NCBI GenBank assembly: GCA_963676835.2
Contig: CAXXFF010000001.1
Location: 192,001-256,000, forward strand
From: Marispirochaeta sp.
Lineage (GTDB): Bacteria > Spirochaetota > Spirochaetia > JC444 > Marispirochaetaceae
Length of the DNA stretch: 64,000 nt
Reading direction: 5' to 3'
The position numbers and the translations under genes were made by a program. Position 1 is the stretch's first letter. The number at the start of each line of letters is the position of its first letter. This document shows positions 40,073-50,859 of this stretch, piece by piece. The notes under the pieces are model-generated. The model was not told where the DNA came from. It searched no databases and was given only the letters and a program-made list of their open reading frames with translations.

Positions 40073-41425
40073 CTAAAGAGATTCGAGGACTTCTTCAGCC
40101 CTCTTTTTTACTGACTCCGCTGTTCTGGACTCACTCAATTCCTGCACCGTATCCTTAAGGGTAAAAAACACATTTTTCTCTATACCCTTAAGGGTCATCA
40201 GGATAACTGATACATCGTTGTAGGTTAGAAAGCGTTCAAAATAACCTTCCAGGCGATCATGCTCCTGTCTGGTCATAGCCTTTACCATTTCTATAAAAAG
40301 CTGTGACTTTTCTTTTTCCCATTCCTGTTCGATAATGGCATCTATCATGGAAAAACTTGATCCGAGATCATTATCTATCGCCACCTGCACAGATGCTGCC
40401 CTTAATGCCATTGAAAACGTTGTTGCCTCGGCTATCTCACGAACTGCATCAAATGCCTTGCCCCCGCCTATTTTTCCAAGAGCATTGACAGCTGTGAGGC
40501 GTATCTTCTCCTCCGGATCCCGTTTTGCCTTGTATATAAGAATATCCACAGCCTTGGACTCTTCCCTTTCTCCCAGGGTTTCTATGGCAGCCACTCTTAC
40601 ACGCCAGAAACTGTCTCTCAGGGCTTCTATAAGATCATCAAGGACCATATCTGCCGGAAACTCTTTCAGTGCCCGCACAGCATAAGTCCGCAGAATGGTA
40701 TCATCATCGTTCAATGCTTTTCTGATATGGGGCAGAACTGTTTCATCCGCATAGTTACCCAGAGCCTGACAGGCCCTCCAGCGGAAACTCTTTTCCTGAG
40801 TCTCATCTTCCAGTATATCCACAAGGAAATCGATACTCTCGGTATCCTTTAATGCCCCCAGGGTACTTAATGCAGCCGCGCGAACTGTCTGATTGGAGTC
40901 ACTGTCTTCATAGATATCTTTTACTATGGAAGTCTGTTCGGGACTGCCTATAACCCCAATCGTTTCCATCGCCTTTACTGCTACTGCACTGTTCTCATGG
41001 CGCAGATAGTCTTCCACAAGAGTGGCATCCTCTTTGCTTTCCTTTTTAATCAACACATCAAGGGCACTGATAATAAGCTTTTCATCAAGGGGGTATTCTT
41101 CAAGAATATTCTGCGCCACCGGCACAGGGTCAACCTCATCTGATTCGATGAGAAGATTTAAAGCAGCCTGCTGAAGATTGCCATTTCGTGAATTTTCCGC
41201 CAGCGCCAATACATCTGTGTCCAGGCTGTGTTCCCCTTCCTGCTTGAGACTGTTAAGAAGATTGATCACTTCACTGTCTATTCCATACCTGAGAACATCT
41301 CGCCTCGAATCGTTCTCATCAGAAACTGCACCCGACGTATCTGAGCTACCTGTTTCAGCCTGACCATATATGTTCAGGGGTAAAACCAGTATAAATGCAA
41401 TAGCTAAAACCGGAAAACCTCTCAC
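40073..41425 (-). CDS. Exported HEAT-repeat protein
   Basis: Signal peptide; repeated VRAAALSTLG / FRWRACQALG / VRVAAIETLG / IRLTAVNALG units. Confidence 0.85.
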   Translation of the reverse strand: MRGFPVLAIAFILVLPLNIYGQAETGSSDTSGAVSDENDSRRDVLRYGIDSEVINLLNSLKQEGEHSLDTDVLALAENSRNGNLQQAALNLLIESDEVDPVPVAQNILEEYPLDEKLIISALDVLIKKESKEDATLVEDYLRHENSAVAVKAMETIGVIGSPEQTSIVKDIYEDSDSNQTVRAAALSTLGALKDTESIDFLVDILEDETQEKSFRWRACQALGNYADETVLPHIRKALNDDDTILRTYAVRALKEFPADMVLDDLIEALRDSFWRVRVAAIETLGEREESKAVDILIYKAKRDPEEKIRLTAVNALGKIGGGKAFDAVREIAEATTFSMALRAASVQVAIDNDLGSSFSMIDAIIEQEWEKEKSQLFIEMVKAMTRQEHDRLEGYFERFLTYNDVSVILMTLKGIEKNVFFTLKDTVQELSESRTAESVKKRAEEVLESL

Positions 41426-43017
41426 CTGTTTCTCCTTCGTCGAAGCAGTATATTAACTGCATCAATCCCGCTGATTCTGTACATAAACAGGGTCAGGACA
41501 CTGTAAACTCCAGCGACTATCAGCAGCCGAAGTAAATTAATTGCGCTTGAACCACTGGTCCACCAGGTTCCGTAAAGCATATGATGTAAATATAACACCA
41601 GTGCACCCGGAATCAATGCTGGAAGAAGTTTAACTAAAGTACGCAGATTTCCCTTCAGTATTTCCAAACCCCTGCTTTTTATCATCGGCAGATAAAGCAA
41701 AAGAAATCCGATAGTAAATGCTACTGTATTTGCAAGAGCAAGACCTGCCACACCCAAAGCAGTATTTTTCCACAGAATTGAGAGAGAAATATCGACCAAT
41801 GCAATAACCACCGCGGTTGCTGTAACAGTCTTATAGCGATCTCTGGAAAAGTGGTAGCGCTGCATAAAATTATATGCCCCGACAGAAAACAGTCCATAAC
41901 TGTAGGCACTCATTATTTTAACCGTATATGCAGTATCCCCGGCGGTGAACCTGTAACGCTGGTATGCTACGGCGATAATCTCATGTCCAAGAAAAACAAG
42001 TACCAGCATTGAAGGAATCAGTAAAACCAGCAGGAGTTCTATTCCCTGGGCAATAGTAGTGTTCAGCTCCCGCTCATTGCCCTCAGCTGTTAGTCTGGCC
42101 ATTTTAGGAAACATTACAGTACTGACTGATGCTGAAAAAATGCCCATCGGGAGCTGCCAGAAAATAATTGCATTCTGCAGTCCGGCCACGCCCGAATCAT
42201 CTATACCGGAGGCAAAACGGATAGCCACAATTTGAATAATGCTGAAAATAGAGGAGCTCATAACCACCGGCCCCCATCTGCGCATTATTCTCGCGAATCC
42301 GGGTTCACTAAATTTAAACCTGGGGAAAATGGAATACCCGTGTTTGATAAATGCAGGAAGCTGAAAAAAAATCTGCGCAACACCGCCTGAGAGCACCCCT
42401 ACAGCCATGGCAAACACGCCTAAATGCCGGTATAGAAGCAAAAGACTGGAAATTACAGCTACAGAAAAAAGTACCGGAGTCAGAGCCGGAACAAGAAATT
42501 CATTATGACTGTTAAGTACTGCCATAATGGTTGCATTAACACTGATAAGTACTATATAGAAGATAAACCAGCGAAACAGAGACACAGCTAAAGCTATCCT
42601 GTCCGGCTCTTTTAATTCTGAAAGAACGTACTTTATCAAAGTTTCCGCATAAATTATTCCAATAATGGAGAGAGGAATAAGCACTAATAGCTGAAAGCCG
42701 ATCAGAAGACTGGTAAGGGACTTGGCATAATCGGCGTTCCTTCCTTTTCCTCTGGCAAGAGATGCTGATATCTCAGGAATAAAAGCGGATGACAATGCAC
42801 CTTCAGCCATAAGCTTCCGAAGGTTGTTTGGAACAGCAAAAGTTAAATGCAGGATACTTGCGTCTCCTCCTGCACCAAAAAGAGAAGCAATAAGTGCATT
42901 ACGTACAAAACCGAGCAAGCGGCTTGCAAAGGTACAGACCATGACAATTACGGTATTAACCGTGCTGCCCCGTTTAGAATCACGCCTGTTACTGGCTGTG
43001 TTTTCCCCGGTACTCAT
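41422..43017 (-). CDS. murJ: Lipid II flippase MurJ
   Basis: SRLLGFVR, PNNLRKLMAEGALSSAFIP, QLPMGIF; start set at ATG 43017. Confidence 0.93.
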   Translation of the reverse strand: MSTGENTASNRRDSKRGSTVNTVIVMVCTFASRLLGFVRNALIASLFGAGGDASILHLTFAVPNNLRKLMAEGALSSAFIPEISASLARGKGRNADYAKSLTSLLIGFQLLVLIPLSIIGIIYAETLIKYVLSELKEPDRIALAVSLFRWFIFYIVLISVNATIMAVLNSHNEFLVPALTPVLFSVAVISSLLLLYRHLGVFAMAVGVLSGGVAQIFFQLPAFIKHGYSIFPRFKFSEPGFARIMRRWGPVVMSSSIFSIIQIVAIRFASGIDDSGVAGLQNAIIFWQLPMGIFSASVSTVMFPKMARLTAEGNERELNTTIAQGIELLLVLLIPSMLVLVFLGHEIIAVAYQRYRFTAGDTAYTVKIMSAYSYGLFSVGAYNFMQRYHFSRDRYKTVTATAVVIALVDISLSILWKNTALGVAGLALANTVAFTIGFLLLYLPMIKSRGLEILKGNLRTLVKLLPALIPGALVLYLHHMLYGTWWTSGSSAINLLRLLIVAGVYSVLTLFMYRISGIDAVNILLRRRRNR

Positions 43018-44122
43018 ACAGAAAATCCTCTTTATATTTTCTAAACCTGGATGCACGGATGGCGGCCCTTATTTCCATAACCATATTATTCAAAAAGGTA
43101 ATATTATGTTCTGTGGCCAGCATGGGTCCAAGAATTTCTTTTGCTTTAAACAAGTGCCTCATATATGCCCGACTGTATCTCGTGCAGGCAGTACAGCCGC
43201 ACCCTTCTACAATTGGCCCCTTATCTTTTTCAAACTCTGCCTTCTTAAGAGCAATCATACCGCCGGGAGTAAAAACTGTTCCATTCCTGGCTATCCGGGT
43301 TGGAAATACGCAGTCAAATAGATCAATACCATTTTCGACAGCTTCGAGAATATATTCCGGCGTTCCAATACCCATAAGGTAATGCGGCTTTTCCTGCGGC
43401 AGCAAGGAGCCGGTATGCTGGAGCATATCAACATAAACCGGAAATGGTTCCCCCACAGATAATCCGCCAACAGCTACACCGGAAAAGTCCATGGCCAACA
43501 GCTCTTCAGCACTCCGTTCTCTTAAGTCCTTATAAAAGTTACCCTGAAGAATCGGAAAGAGAACCCTGCCGTCTGCAGGATTGGCATCCTTCCATGCTTT
43601 GAGGCTTCGTTCCGCCCAATGAGTTGTGGTCTCCAGTGCCTTCACCGCTTCACGGTATTCAATTCCAGGAGGAGTACATACATCCAGAACCATGGCAATA
43701 TCACTATTCAGGGAGTTCTGCACGCCCACAACCTTTTCGGGTGTTAGAAAATGGTAACTGCCGTCGATATGACTGCGGAACTTTACTCCTTCCCGGGTTA
43801 TTTTCCTGAATGGAGCCAGAGAGAATACCTGAAACCCACCGGAATCGGTTAAAATGTTTCCCTTCCAGCTGGAAAACTGGTGGAGTCCCCCATAGGTATC
43901 AATTACATCAGTACCCGGTCTTAGATACAAATGATACGTATTTCCCAGAATCAGAGAAATACCGATTTTTTCCAGGGTATCATGTGATATTGCCTTAACA
44001 CTGCCGTTTGTCCCTACAGGCATAAATACCGGAGTTTCCACTGGCCCATGTGCAAGCTCAAGTGTGCCGGTTCTTGCAAGAGTATCCTTATCAAATGAAT
44101 CTATCGTAAATTTTATACCCAT
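42989..44122 (-). CDS. tgt: tRNA guanosine(34) transglycosylase
   Basis: TPVFMPVGT, NTYHL, TDSGGFQ, DCVFPTR, CGCTAC Zn site. Confidence 0.96.
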   Translation of the reverse strand: MGIKFTIDSFDKDTLARTGTLELAHGPVETPVFMPVGTNGSVKAISHDTLEKIGISLILGNTYHLYLRPGTDVIDTYGGLHQFSSWKGNILTDSGGFQVFSLAPFRKITREGVKFRSHIDGSYHFLTPEKVVGVQNSLNSDIAMVLDVCTPPGIEYREAVKALETTTHWAERSLKAWKDANPADGRVLFPILQGNFYKDLRERSAEELLAMDFSGVAVGGLSVGEPFPVYVDMLQHTGSLLPQEKPHYLMGIGTPEYILEAVENGIDLFDCVFPTRIARNGTVFTPGGMIALKKAEFEKDKGPIVEGCGCTACTRYSRAYMRHLFKAKEILGPMLATEHNITFLNNMVMEIRAAIRASRFRKYKEDFLYEYRGKHSQ

Positions 44123-44129
44123 CAAAACC

Positions 44130-45203
44130 TCAAGTTCGAATAAATTTCATCATGGTTATACCAATTATAAAGAAAACAATAACCGGCATAAACGCCCCGG
44201 TAAAAGGCGGCATTAACCCGGTATTGGCAAGTATTCCTGTTACCATTTGAAAGACATAGAATATAACCGAAATACTTAAACTTAAAAGAAGACTCATTAA
44301 CAGTATGTTCTTTTTAAACCTGCTGCCCACAGCAACGGAGATTAAAGAGACTATAAATGGAGTAAAAATAAAGGCTATTCTTTTAAAATAGTCGGTCCTG
44401 GCTATCCGGCTGTCCCTGCCTGCTCGCTGAAGTTCCTTAATATACATGCCTGCTTCTTTCAAGGTTAACTCATCAAGATTCTTCTCTTTTCTTCTGAATG
44501 TATCAGGTTCATCAAGCAGTAATGGAGGCTGAAGTTCAGATTCCCGGGTCTCGACTATTTTGTCTTTCTCGTAATTAAAAACACGGCAGTCATGCAGCAG
44601 CCACCCCTGCTGCTTATATTCAGCCCATTTTGCATCGATGCGTTGGGTAAATGTCCCCTGTGAATCACAAAGAAGTACGGTTAAATTGGAAAGCGTCTGA
44701 TTCTGATCGTTATAATATTCTGCAGAATACAGAACCCCTTCCGAAAGCCCTCTAATAGTTACATTTGTATTGTTGGCATTTTCTTTCTGCCCCAATACCT
44801 CTTTTACAAACTTTATCTTTGTTGCGTAGGTATTGATTACTACCCGGTCTTCAAAAACAAGCATGCCCGCACCTGTCATAAACCCTAGAACAAGAAGGGG
44901 AACCACCGCACGGCGAAGAGATACACCGGCTCCTAAAAGTGCAATGAGCTCGTTATTTGCATAAAGATTACCCAGGGTAAAAGAGACTGAAAAAAGCAGG
45001 GAAATCGGGGCGCTGTAAGAAATGCACTTGGGTAAATAATAGAGCTGTATAGTCAATATAACATTGACAGGAACATCCTGATTAAGGTAGCGCCAGAGAT
45101 TGGCGAAGAGATCTACCATTTCCAGGATAAGAACAAAAAACATTAATGCAAGAAGCATTACAGGGAGAGCCTCTTTCAGCAGCATTCGGTAGAATATTTT
45201 CAC
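44130..45203 (-). CDS. lptG: LptF/LptG family permease (LptG-like)
   Basis: Three TMs + NELIALLGAGVS + periplasmic domain + three TMs; paired with the upstream paralog. Confidence 0.75.
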   Translation of the reverse strand: MKIFYRMLLKEALPVMLLALMFFVLILEMVDLFANLWRYLNQDVPVNVILTIQLYYLPKCISYSAPISLLFSVSFTLGNLYANNELIALLGAGVSLRRAVVPLLVLGFMTGAGMLVFEDRVVINTYATKIKFVKEVLGQKENANNTNVTIRGLSEGVLYSAEYYNDQNQTLSNLTVLLCDSQGTFTQRIDAKWAEYKQQGWLLHDCRVFNYEKDKIVETRESELQPPLLLDEPDTFRRKEKNLDELTLKEAGMYIKELQRAGRDSRIARTDYFKRIAFIFTPFIVSLISVAVGSRFKKNILLMSLLLSLSISVIFYVFQMVTGILANTGLMPPFTGAFMPVIVFFIIGITMMKFIRT

Positions 45204-46459
45204 CTCCGGGTCCTTAAAACAAGAAGAACAATACCAACGGTAAGAATAACAAAATTAGCACTCCAGATAGAAAACAGGGGTGAGAAGTTTGAACGGATAC
45301 CCAGAGTCTGACCTGCAAAGAGCATGCCCCAGTATATTACACATACAAAAAGACCAATACCGAAACCGATAGAACGGCCACTGCGACGGCTTATTACCCC
45401 TGCGGGAAAAGCAAAAATAAGGAAAATAATGCATGCTGCAGGTAAAGCAATTTTCTTGTGAAATTCAAGGAGATGCATCTGGAGCGACCTGTCTCGTATT
45501 TCCTGTTTCTTCAGATTATTTACAGCGTCATAAAGACCGGATAGCCTGGAAGACGATTGTTCCTGACGGTTAAGGATAGTATCGTCATACACAGAAGCCA
45601 TATTGATTTTATCGGATTCCAGGCGAAGTCTCTGATCTTCCAGACGCTTATTCAGCTGCTCCTCTTTCCCTTCAATCTCTTTGAGAATATCGCGTACACT
45701 TTTTTCCCGAGGGGTAAGACTATGTACTGCCATGGTTATATCTTTAAGCAGAATATTATACTTCATGGTTTCTGCAGTACTGTATTCGTAGTTCCCGCTG
45801 CGTTTTTTATCCGTTACCAGCGATACTACATTATCCAGCTCAAGGCTTATTACCCCCGCACCGCTTGTATCCCGTGAGAGCACGGCACCGGATGCGGTTA
45901 TGGTACGCAGGTTTTTTTTATCATCCCGGTCAATAATTATAATATTGTCTATTCTACCGCCGTTGACATCTCCGGTGGCGATAATCCTGTCCTGATACCG
46001 CTTTATTGAATTTGATTCAAGCTCCAGGGCCGGATTACTGTACAGTATCTCCCGGTACAGTGTGTTGAACTTCATTGTTCCAAGGGGAAGCAGAACATCA
46101 TTGGAAAAAAAGGCCAGACCGCCCACAAGAACCCCCATAAACAGAAATGGAAGAGCAATCTTTTTAAGCGGGATTCCTGCTGCCTGCATGGCAAGCAGTT
46201 CGTTATCACCACCAAGCCTTCCTACGGCCATGAGCCCTCCGACAAGAGCCGCAAAAGGAAAACTGTAAGAGATTATATTGGGAATAGCGAAGAGAATAAG
46301 CCGGATTACATCAACCGGGGCTACATGCTTGGACAAAATCTGTTCTGCCATAAGCAGTATCTGGTTGATAAAGAAAATAAAAAAGAAAAACAGAAAAACC
46401 ACAAAGAAAGAGAAGAGGAACTCAGAAGCTATATAGCGGTTGAAAATCTTCGTGGTCAT
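45200..46459 (-). CDS. lptF: LptF/LptG family permease (LptF-like)
   Basis: GRLGGDNELLAMQAAGI, EFHKKIALP; same topology. Confidence 0.75.
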   Translation of the reverse strand: MTTKIFNRYIASEFLFSFFVVFLFFFFIFFINQILLMAEQILSKHVAPVDVIRLILFAIPNIISYSFPFAALVGGLMAVGRLGGDNELLAMQAAGIPLKKIALPFLFMGVLVGGLAFFSNDVLLPLGTMKFNTLYREILYSNPALELESNSIKRYQDRIIATGDVNGGRIDNIIIIDRDDKKNLRTITASGAVLSRDTSGAGVISLELDNVVSLVTDKKRSGNYEYSTAETMKYNILLKDITMAVHSLTPREKSVRDILKEIEGKEEQLNKRLEDQRLRLESDKINMASVYDDTILNRQEQSSSRLSGLYDAVNNLKKQEIRDRSLQMHLLEFHKKIALPAACIIFLIFAFPAGVISRRSGRSIGFGIGLFVCVIYWGMLFAGQTLGIRSNFSPLFSIWSANFVILTVGIVLLVLRTRR

Positions 46460-46489
46460 CCTGATTACCCGAACGTGTACAGCGTTCCC

Positions 46490-46939
46490 CTAATGGGTAC
46501 CGGTAGAGCCGAACCCGCCATGGCCTCTATCTGTTTCTGAAAGATTGTCTGATTCCTCAAAAACCGCCTGTATTACCGGAGCAAATACAATCTGGGCAAT
46601 ACGTTCTCCAGGCAGAATTTCTGCTGTTTCTGCAGACAGATTAACCAGAATAACTTTGATCTCCCCCCGGTAATCGCTGTCTATTGTTCCAGGCGTATTA
46701 AGTACCGTTACTCCTCTTTTTGCCGCCAGGCCAGACCGTGGTCTTACCTGTGCTTCATAACCGGGAGGTATAGCAAGAAACAGCCCGGTGGGGATCATAA
46801 CCCTTTCAAGGCTTTTCAATCGAATTGCTGTGTCTATATCTGCAACAAGATCGGCGCCGGAAGCAACCGCAGTTGCATACACGGGAGCGCCGGAAGCTGG
46901 AAGAACAGACGGAACAATAACACTTTTAAGCATTTCCAC
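46490..46939 (-). CDS. dut: dUTP diphosphatase
   Basis: [38 protein letters not shown]. Confidence 0.96.
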   Translation of the reverse strand: MEMLKSVIVPSVLPASGAPVYATAVASGADLVADIDTAIRLKSLERVMIPTGLFLAIPPGYEAQVRPRSGLAAKRGVTVLNTPGTIDSDYRGEIKVILVNLSAETAEILPGERIAQIVFAPVIQAVFEESDNLSETDRGHGGFGSTGTH

Positions 46940-47000
46940 AGTTAACTCCTGTACATACTCCGTTCTCGGTAAGATATCCGGATAAACAGATAGAAGATAT

Positions 47001-47034
47001 AAAAAAACGGATTGTCCCGTTTAAGGACAATCCG
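47001..47034 (-). terminator. Intrinsic terminator after pnp
   Basis: CGGATTGTCC-7nt-GGACAATCCG-TTTTTTT on the minus strand. Confidence 0.85.
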
Positions 47035-47058
47035 CCTGTTTGTTTAAGAGACGGGCCC

Positions 47059-49188
47059 CTATCTCTGGCGACTGCCCTGATCTCCACCCTTGCCGCTGCC
47101 GGACTTATCGGGGTCAATAGCGTCTATATAGCTTAAGTTGATTCGGCCCATGCGGTCGATCTCAATAAGTTTCACAGGTATTTCCTGATCTACCTTAAGA
47201 ACATCGCTTACGCTGTTAACTCGTTCTCTGGAAAGCTTGGAAATATGAACAAGCCCTTCTTTTCCGGGGAGAATCTCAACAAAAGCGCCGAAATCCATAA
47301 TTCGTTTAACAGTACCCTGGTATATTGTTCCCACAACAGGATCTTCTACAATACCGCGGACCATAGCCTCTCCGGCTTCAGCACTGGCCTGATCTTTACC
47401 GAAAATAACAACCTTGCCGCTGTCATCGATATTGATACTTGCACCGGATTTCTCGCAGATACTCTTTATTACCTTGCCACCAGGTCCTATTACTGCGCCA
47501 ATCTTATCTTCATCCACCTTTATGGTGATGATCTTAGGTGCATATTCGGACATCTGGCCCTGATGGGAGGCAACTGTCTCATTCATAATACCGAGAATGT
47601 GCATACGCCCTTTCTTGGCCTGATTGAGAGCAGTTTCCATAATCTCCCGGCTTACACCGGAAATCTTGATATCCATCTGGAAGGCGGTAATTCCATCTTC
47701 AGAACCGGCAACCTTAAAGTCCATATCTCCAAGATGATCTTCCTCTCCGAGAATATCGGAAAGAACCACAGTCTTCTCAGGAGAGCTGATTAGCCCCATG
47801 GCAATTCCGGCAACCGGTTTTCTTAAAGGAACACCGGCACTCTGCAGCGAAAGAGAGCTTCCGCATACAGTCGCCATGGATGAAGAACCATTTGATTCAA
47901 GAATTTCGGATACAACCCGGACGGTGTAGGGGAAATCCTCTTTCTTGGGAAGAACGCCCTCAACTGCGCGCTGAGCAAGGTGACCGTGACCGATTTCCCG
48001 GCGACCGGTACCCATACGTCCGGTTTCACCTACCGAAAAAGGAGGAAAGTTGTAATGGAGCATAAAACTTTCATAGCTCTTATCTCCATCTATGTCATCG
48101 ACGATTTTCTCGTCAGAAACAGTTCCAAGGGTGGTAACCGCGAGGGCCTGTGTTTCTCCCCGGGTAAACAGTGCGCTTCCGTGAGTACGGGGAAGAACCT
48201 TGACCTCGCAGCTGATGGGGCGAATATCTTCTGTCCCGCGACCGTCGGTTCTTTTGCCATTATTCAGAATAGATGCACGTACAATGTCGTACTCCATCTT
48301 CTCAAAAAGTTTGTCAACTTTTGCCATCTGTCCGTCTTCGATACGGTCTTCAAACTGTGAGACCACATCAGACTTAACTGCTTTAATGGCAGCATAACGT
48401 TCAAACTTACCGAGAACAAAGCAGGCTTCTTCAAGACGCGCATAGGCGGCATCCTTAATCTCACCTTCAAGTTCAAAAACCTCAGCAGTCTCTACCAGAG
48501 GAAGCTTTTCTTTTCCCGCCTTCTCACGCAGTTCAAGCTGACCAGCACAAAGCTTCTTGATAACATCCCTGGCAAGGTCAATGGCTTCAAGCATTCTCTC
48601 TTCAGAGACTTCCTTTGCGCCGCCCTCTACCATGGTTATACCTTCATTGGTACCGGATACCACAATATCCAGCTCACTGTTGGCAATCTGCTCGAAAGTA
48701 GGATTGACAATCAGCTGGCCGTCTACGGAACTGATTCTTACCGCGCCGACGGGACCCTCAAAGGGAATATCAGAAATCACAACTGCCGCAGAAGCTGCGA
48801 CCATTGCAATAATATCAGGAGGATTGACCTGGTCTGCAGAAACTACAGTCGGCACAACCTGAATATCTCTGGCAAAAGATTTGTGAAACAGAGGGCGCAT
48901 GGGTCTGTCGATAAGACGGCAAACAAGGATTTCCTTGTCCTTGGGCCTTCCTTCACGTTTCAGGAAACCACCGGGAATTTTTCCGGCGGCGTAATATTTT
49001 TCATTGTATTCTACCTGGAGAGGAACATAATCCAGTCCTTCCACCGGCTTGTCACTGCAGCAGACTGTCGCAAGGACAGCACTGCCTTCGTAACGCGCGT
49101 ATACCGCACCATTGGCCTGCTTGGCCATTTTGCCGGTTTCGAGGATTAGTTCACCATCTCCCATGGGAATGGAAACTGAATGTATCAT
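47059..49188 (-). CDS. pnp: Polyribonucleotide nucleotidyltransferase
   Basis: RLIDRPMRPLF, FTRGETQ, SNGSSSMA, GDMDFKVAG, KH and S1 domains. Confidence 0.97.
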   Translation of the reverse strand: MIHSVSIPMGDGELILETGKMAKQANGAVYARYEGSAVLATVCCSDKPVEGLDYVPLQVEYNEKYYAAGKIPGGFLKREGRPKDKEILVCRLIDRPMRPLFHKSFARDIQVVPTVVSADQVNPPDIIAMVAASAAVVISDIPFEGPVGAVRISSVDGQLIVNPTFEQIANSELDIVVSGTNEGITMVEGGAKEVSEERMLEAIDLARDVIKKLCAGQLELREKAGKEKLPLVETAEVFELEGEIKDAAYARLEEACFVLGKFERYAAIKAVKSDVVSQFEDRIEDGQMAKVDKLFEKMEYDIVRASILNNGKRTDGRGTEDIRPISCEVKVLPRTHGSALFTRGETQALAVTTLGTVSDEKIVDDIDGDKSYESFMLHYNFPPFSVGETGRMGTGRREIGHGHLAQRAVEGVLPKKEDFPYTVRVVSEILESNGSSSMATVCGSSLSLQSAGVPLRKPVAGIAMGLISSPEKTVVLSDILGEEDHLGDMDFKVAGSEDGITAFQMDIKISGVSREIMETALNQAKKGRMHILGIMNETVASHQGQMSEYAPKIITIKVDEDKIGAVIGPGGKVIKSICEKSGASINIDDSGKVVIFGKDQASAEAGEAMVRGIVEDPVVGTIYQGTVKRIMDFGAFVEILPGKEGLVHISKLSRERVNSVSDVLKVDQEIPVKLIEIDRMGRINLSYIDAIDPDKSGSGKGGDQGSRQR

Positions 49189-49206
49189 TATTATATATCC
49201 TTACTG

Positions 49207-49473
49207 TTATTTTCTCAGATTGAGACGGACAAGAAGCTCCCTGTACTTATCAAGGTCCTTACGCTGCAGGTATTTAAGCAGCTTTCTCCGCTGACCTACC
49301 AGCTTGAGAAGTCCCCTTCTTGAAGCATGATCCTTTTTATTTACTTTGAAATGCTCTGTAAGTTCTTCAATCCGTTTAGTGAGCAGTGCAATCTGCACTT
49401 CAGTTGCCCCACTGTCTTTTTCGTTAGTTCCAAACTCTTTAATAACGTTCTGTTTCGCTTCCTTAGCTAACAT
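49207..49473 (-). CDS. rpsO: 30S ribosomal protein S15
   Basis: [33 protein letters not shown]. Confidence 0.97.
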   Translation of the reverse strand: MLAKEAKQNVIKEFGTNEKDSGATEVQIALLTKRIEELTEHFKVNKKDHASRRGLLKLVGQRRKLLKYLQRKDLDKYRELLVRLNLRK

Positions 49474-49627
49474 CCTTTTCTCCTTTGAACACTCTCTCTA
49501 CCGAGCGAAACCTGCTCATGAATTTTATCCGTTTGTTCACGGTTAGTTTTATACTGCAAATATGCGGAAGAATACGGCGGCAAAAGCAAAATTCTTCCAC
49601 TTTAGTTTACCCATATATGTCAAAAAG

Positions 49628-50512
49628 TCAATCTCTCAGCCCGCCGTTAACCATACCATATCGGTACCCCTGTTGCTGCCTGACAAGGACTCCGAGAAAC
49701 CTGCCGTCTTCATCAAAGCAGATCAGGTCATCCAGGTCGGGGATATCGCTGAACATGGAGTTTTTTATGGTTTTTCCATTAAGAAAATCTCCGGCATAAT
49801 CCTGGATTATAGTAGCCCCGGTTAAACCAAGTATCATTTCCATACTCTCTCTGCTCGTCTCCAGAGGAGTTTCACTGTTCAGCTCTTTTGCGTTAACAGC
49901 ATTTTCCACCAGGGATGATCCAACCCTTGTTCTTCTCAATGCAGAAAGACTTGCACGGCTGCCTGCAGCTATTGCCAGATCCCTGGCCAGACTTCGTATA
50001 TATGTCCCTTTGGAACATGCAATACGTGCAGTTAAAAACGGCGGGTTCCATTCCAGAATATCAAACAGGTCAATACTGATTGATCTTTCCGGCATAACCA
50101 GCTCTTCTCCCGCTTTAGCCCGCTTATAGGCCCGTTTACCATCTATGTGCACTGCTGAATATGCAGGCGGACGTTGAAGAACTGTTCCGCGAAACGAAGG
50201 CAGTACGGATTCTATTACTGAAAGGTCTGGAACTGCGCCTTCCGCAATTATATCCCCCTCCGGATCAAGGGTGCTTGTCTCCTTGCCGAATTCAATTACC
50301 GCTTCGTATTCCTTGTCCTGATCGGTAAGGTAGTTGGCAAGACGGGTAAATGAACCGGTAACACATACAAGTAGTCCTGAGGCAAACCGGTCGAGAGTAC
50401 CGGTATGCCCGGCTTTACCCGACTTAAGCCTTCGAGCAGCCATTCTGACGGTATCTGATGAGGTAAAACCAGGATTTTTATCGATTAAAATAATACCATC
50501 ACGCAGGGGCAT
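49628..50512 (-). CDS. truB: tRNA pseudouridine(55) synthase
   Basis: GHTGTLD, PPAYSAV, CSKGTYIRSLARD, LRRTRVG. Confidence 0.95.
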   Translation of the reverse strand: MPLRDGIILIDKNPGFTSSDTVRMAARRLKSGKAGHTGTLDRFASGLLVCVTGSFTRLANYLTDQDKEYEAVIEFGKETSTLDPEGDIIAEGAVPDLSVIESVLPSFRGTVLQRPPAYSAVHIDGKRAYKRAKAGEELVMPERSISIDLFDILEWNPPFLTARIACSKGTYIRSLARDLAIAAGSRASLSALRRTRVGSSLVENAVNAKELNSETPLETSRESMEMILGLTGATIIQDYAGDFLNGKTIKNSMFSDIPDLDDLICFDEDGRFLGVLVRQQQGYRYGMVNGGLRD

Positions 50513-50859
50513 CAGGTATCCAGATCATCCAGCTTTTTCACCATCCGGACACCACGCTCAATTGAGCCGTCCTGAATAAAATTCAGTTTCGGGGTGTTAC
50601 GAAGATGCAGCTTTTTCCCAAGCTTTGCCTGAATAAACCCGGCAGCATGATTCAAAGCTTTAACAGCATTTTCCACTGACTGGAGATTTTCAAAACTGGA
50701 AACATAAACCCTTGCGTAGGCGGTGTCTTTCGACACCTCTACGCCGGTTACAGATATAAAACTCGATACCCGGTGATCTTTGATAACACCGGTCACGATC
50801 ATTTCACTTATAGCGTGCTGAATCAACGATGAAACACGCTTTAGCCTGAATTCTGACAT
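50512..50859 (-). CDS. rbfA: Ribosome-binding factor A
   Basis: VTGVEVSKD..ARVYVS, AAGFIQ..LRNTPKLNF.D.SIE.G. Confidence 0.95.
   Translation of the reverse strand: MSEFRLKRVSSLIQHAISEMIVTGVIKDHRVSSFISVTGVEVSKDTAYARVYVSSFENLQSVENAVKALNHAAGFIQAKLGKKLHLRNTPKLNFIQDGSIERGVRMVKKLDDLDT

Noticed and set aside
49474..49627. Absence of ribF between truB and rpsO as a possible deletion scar
   Set aside because: No remnant is visible in the 154-bp gap, and this gene order varies among bacteria
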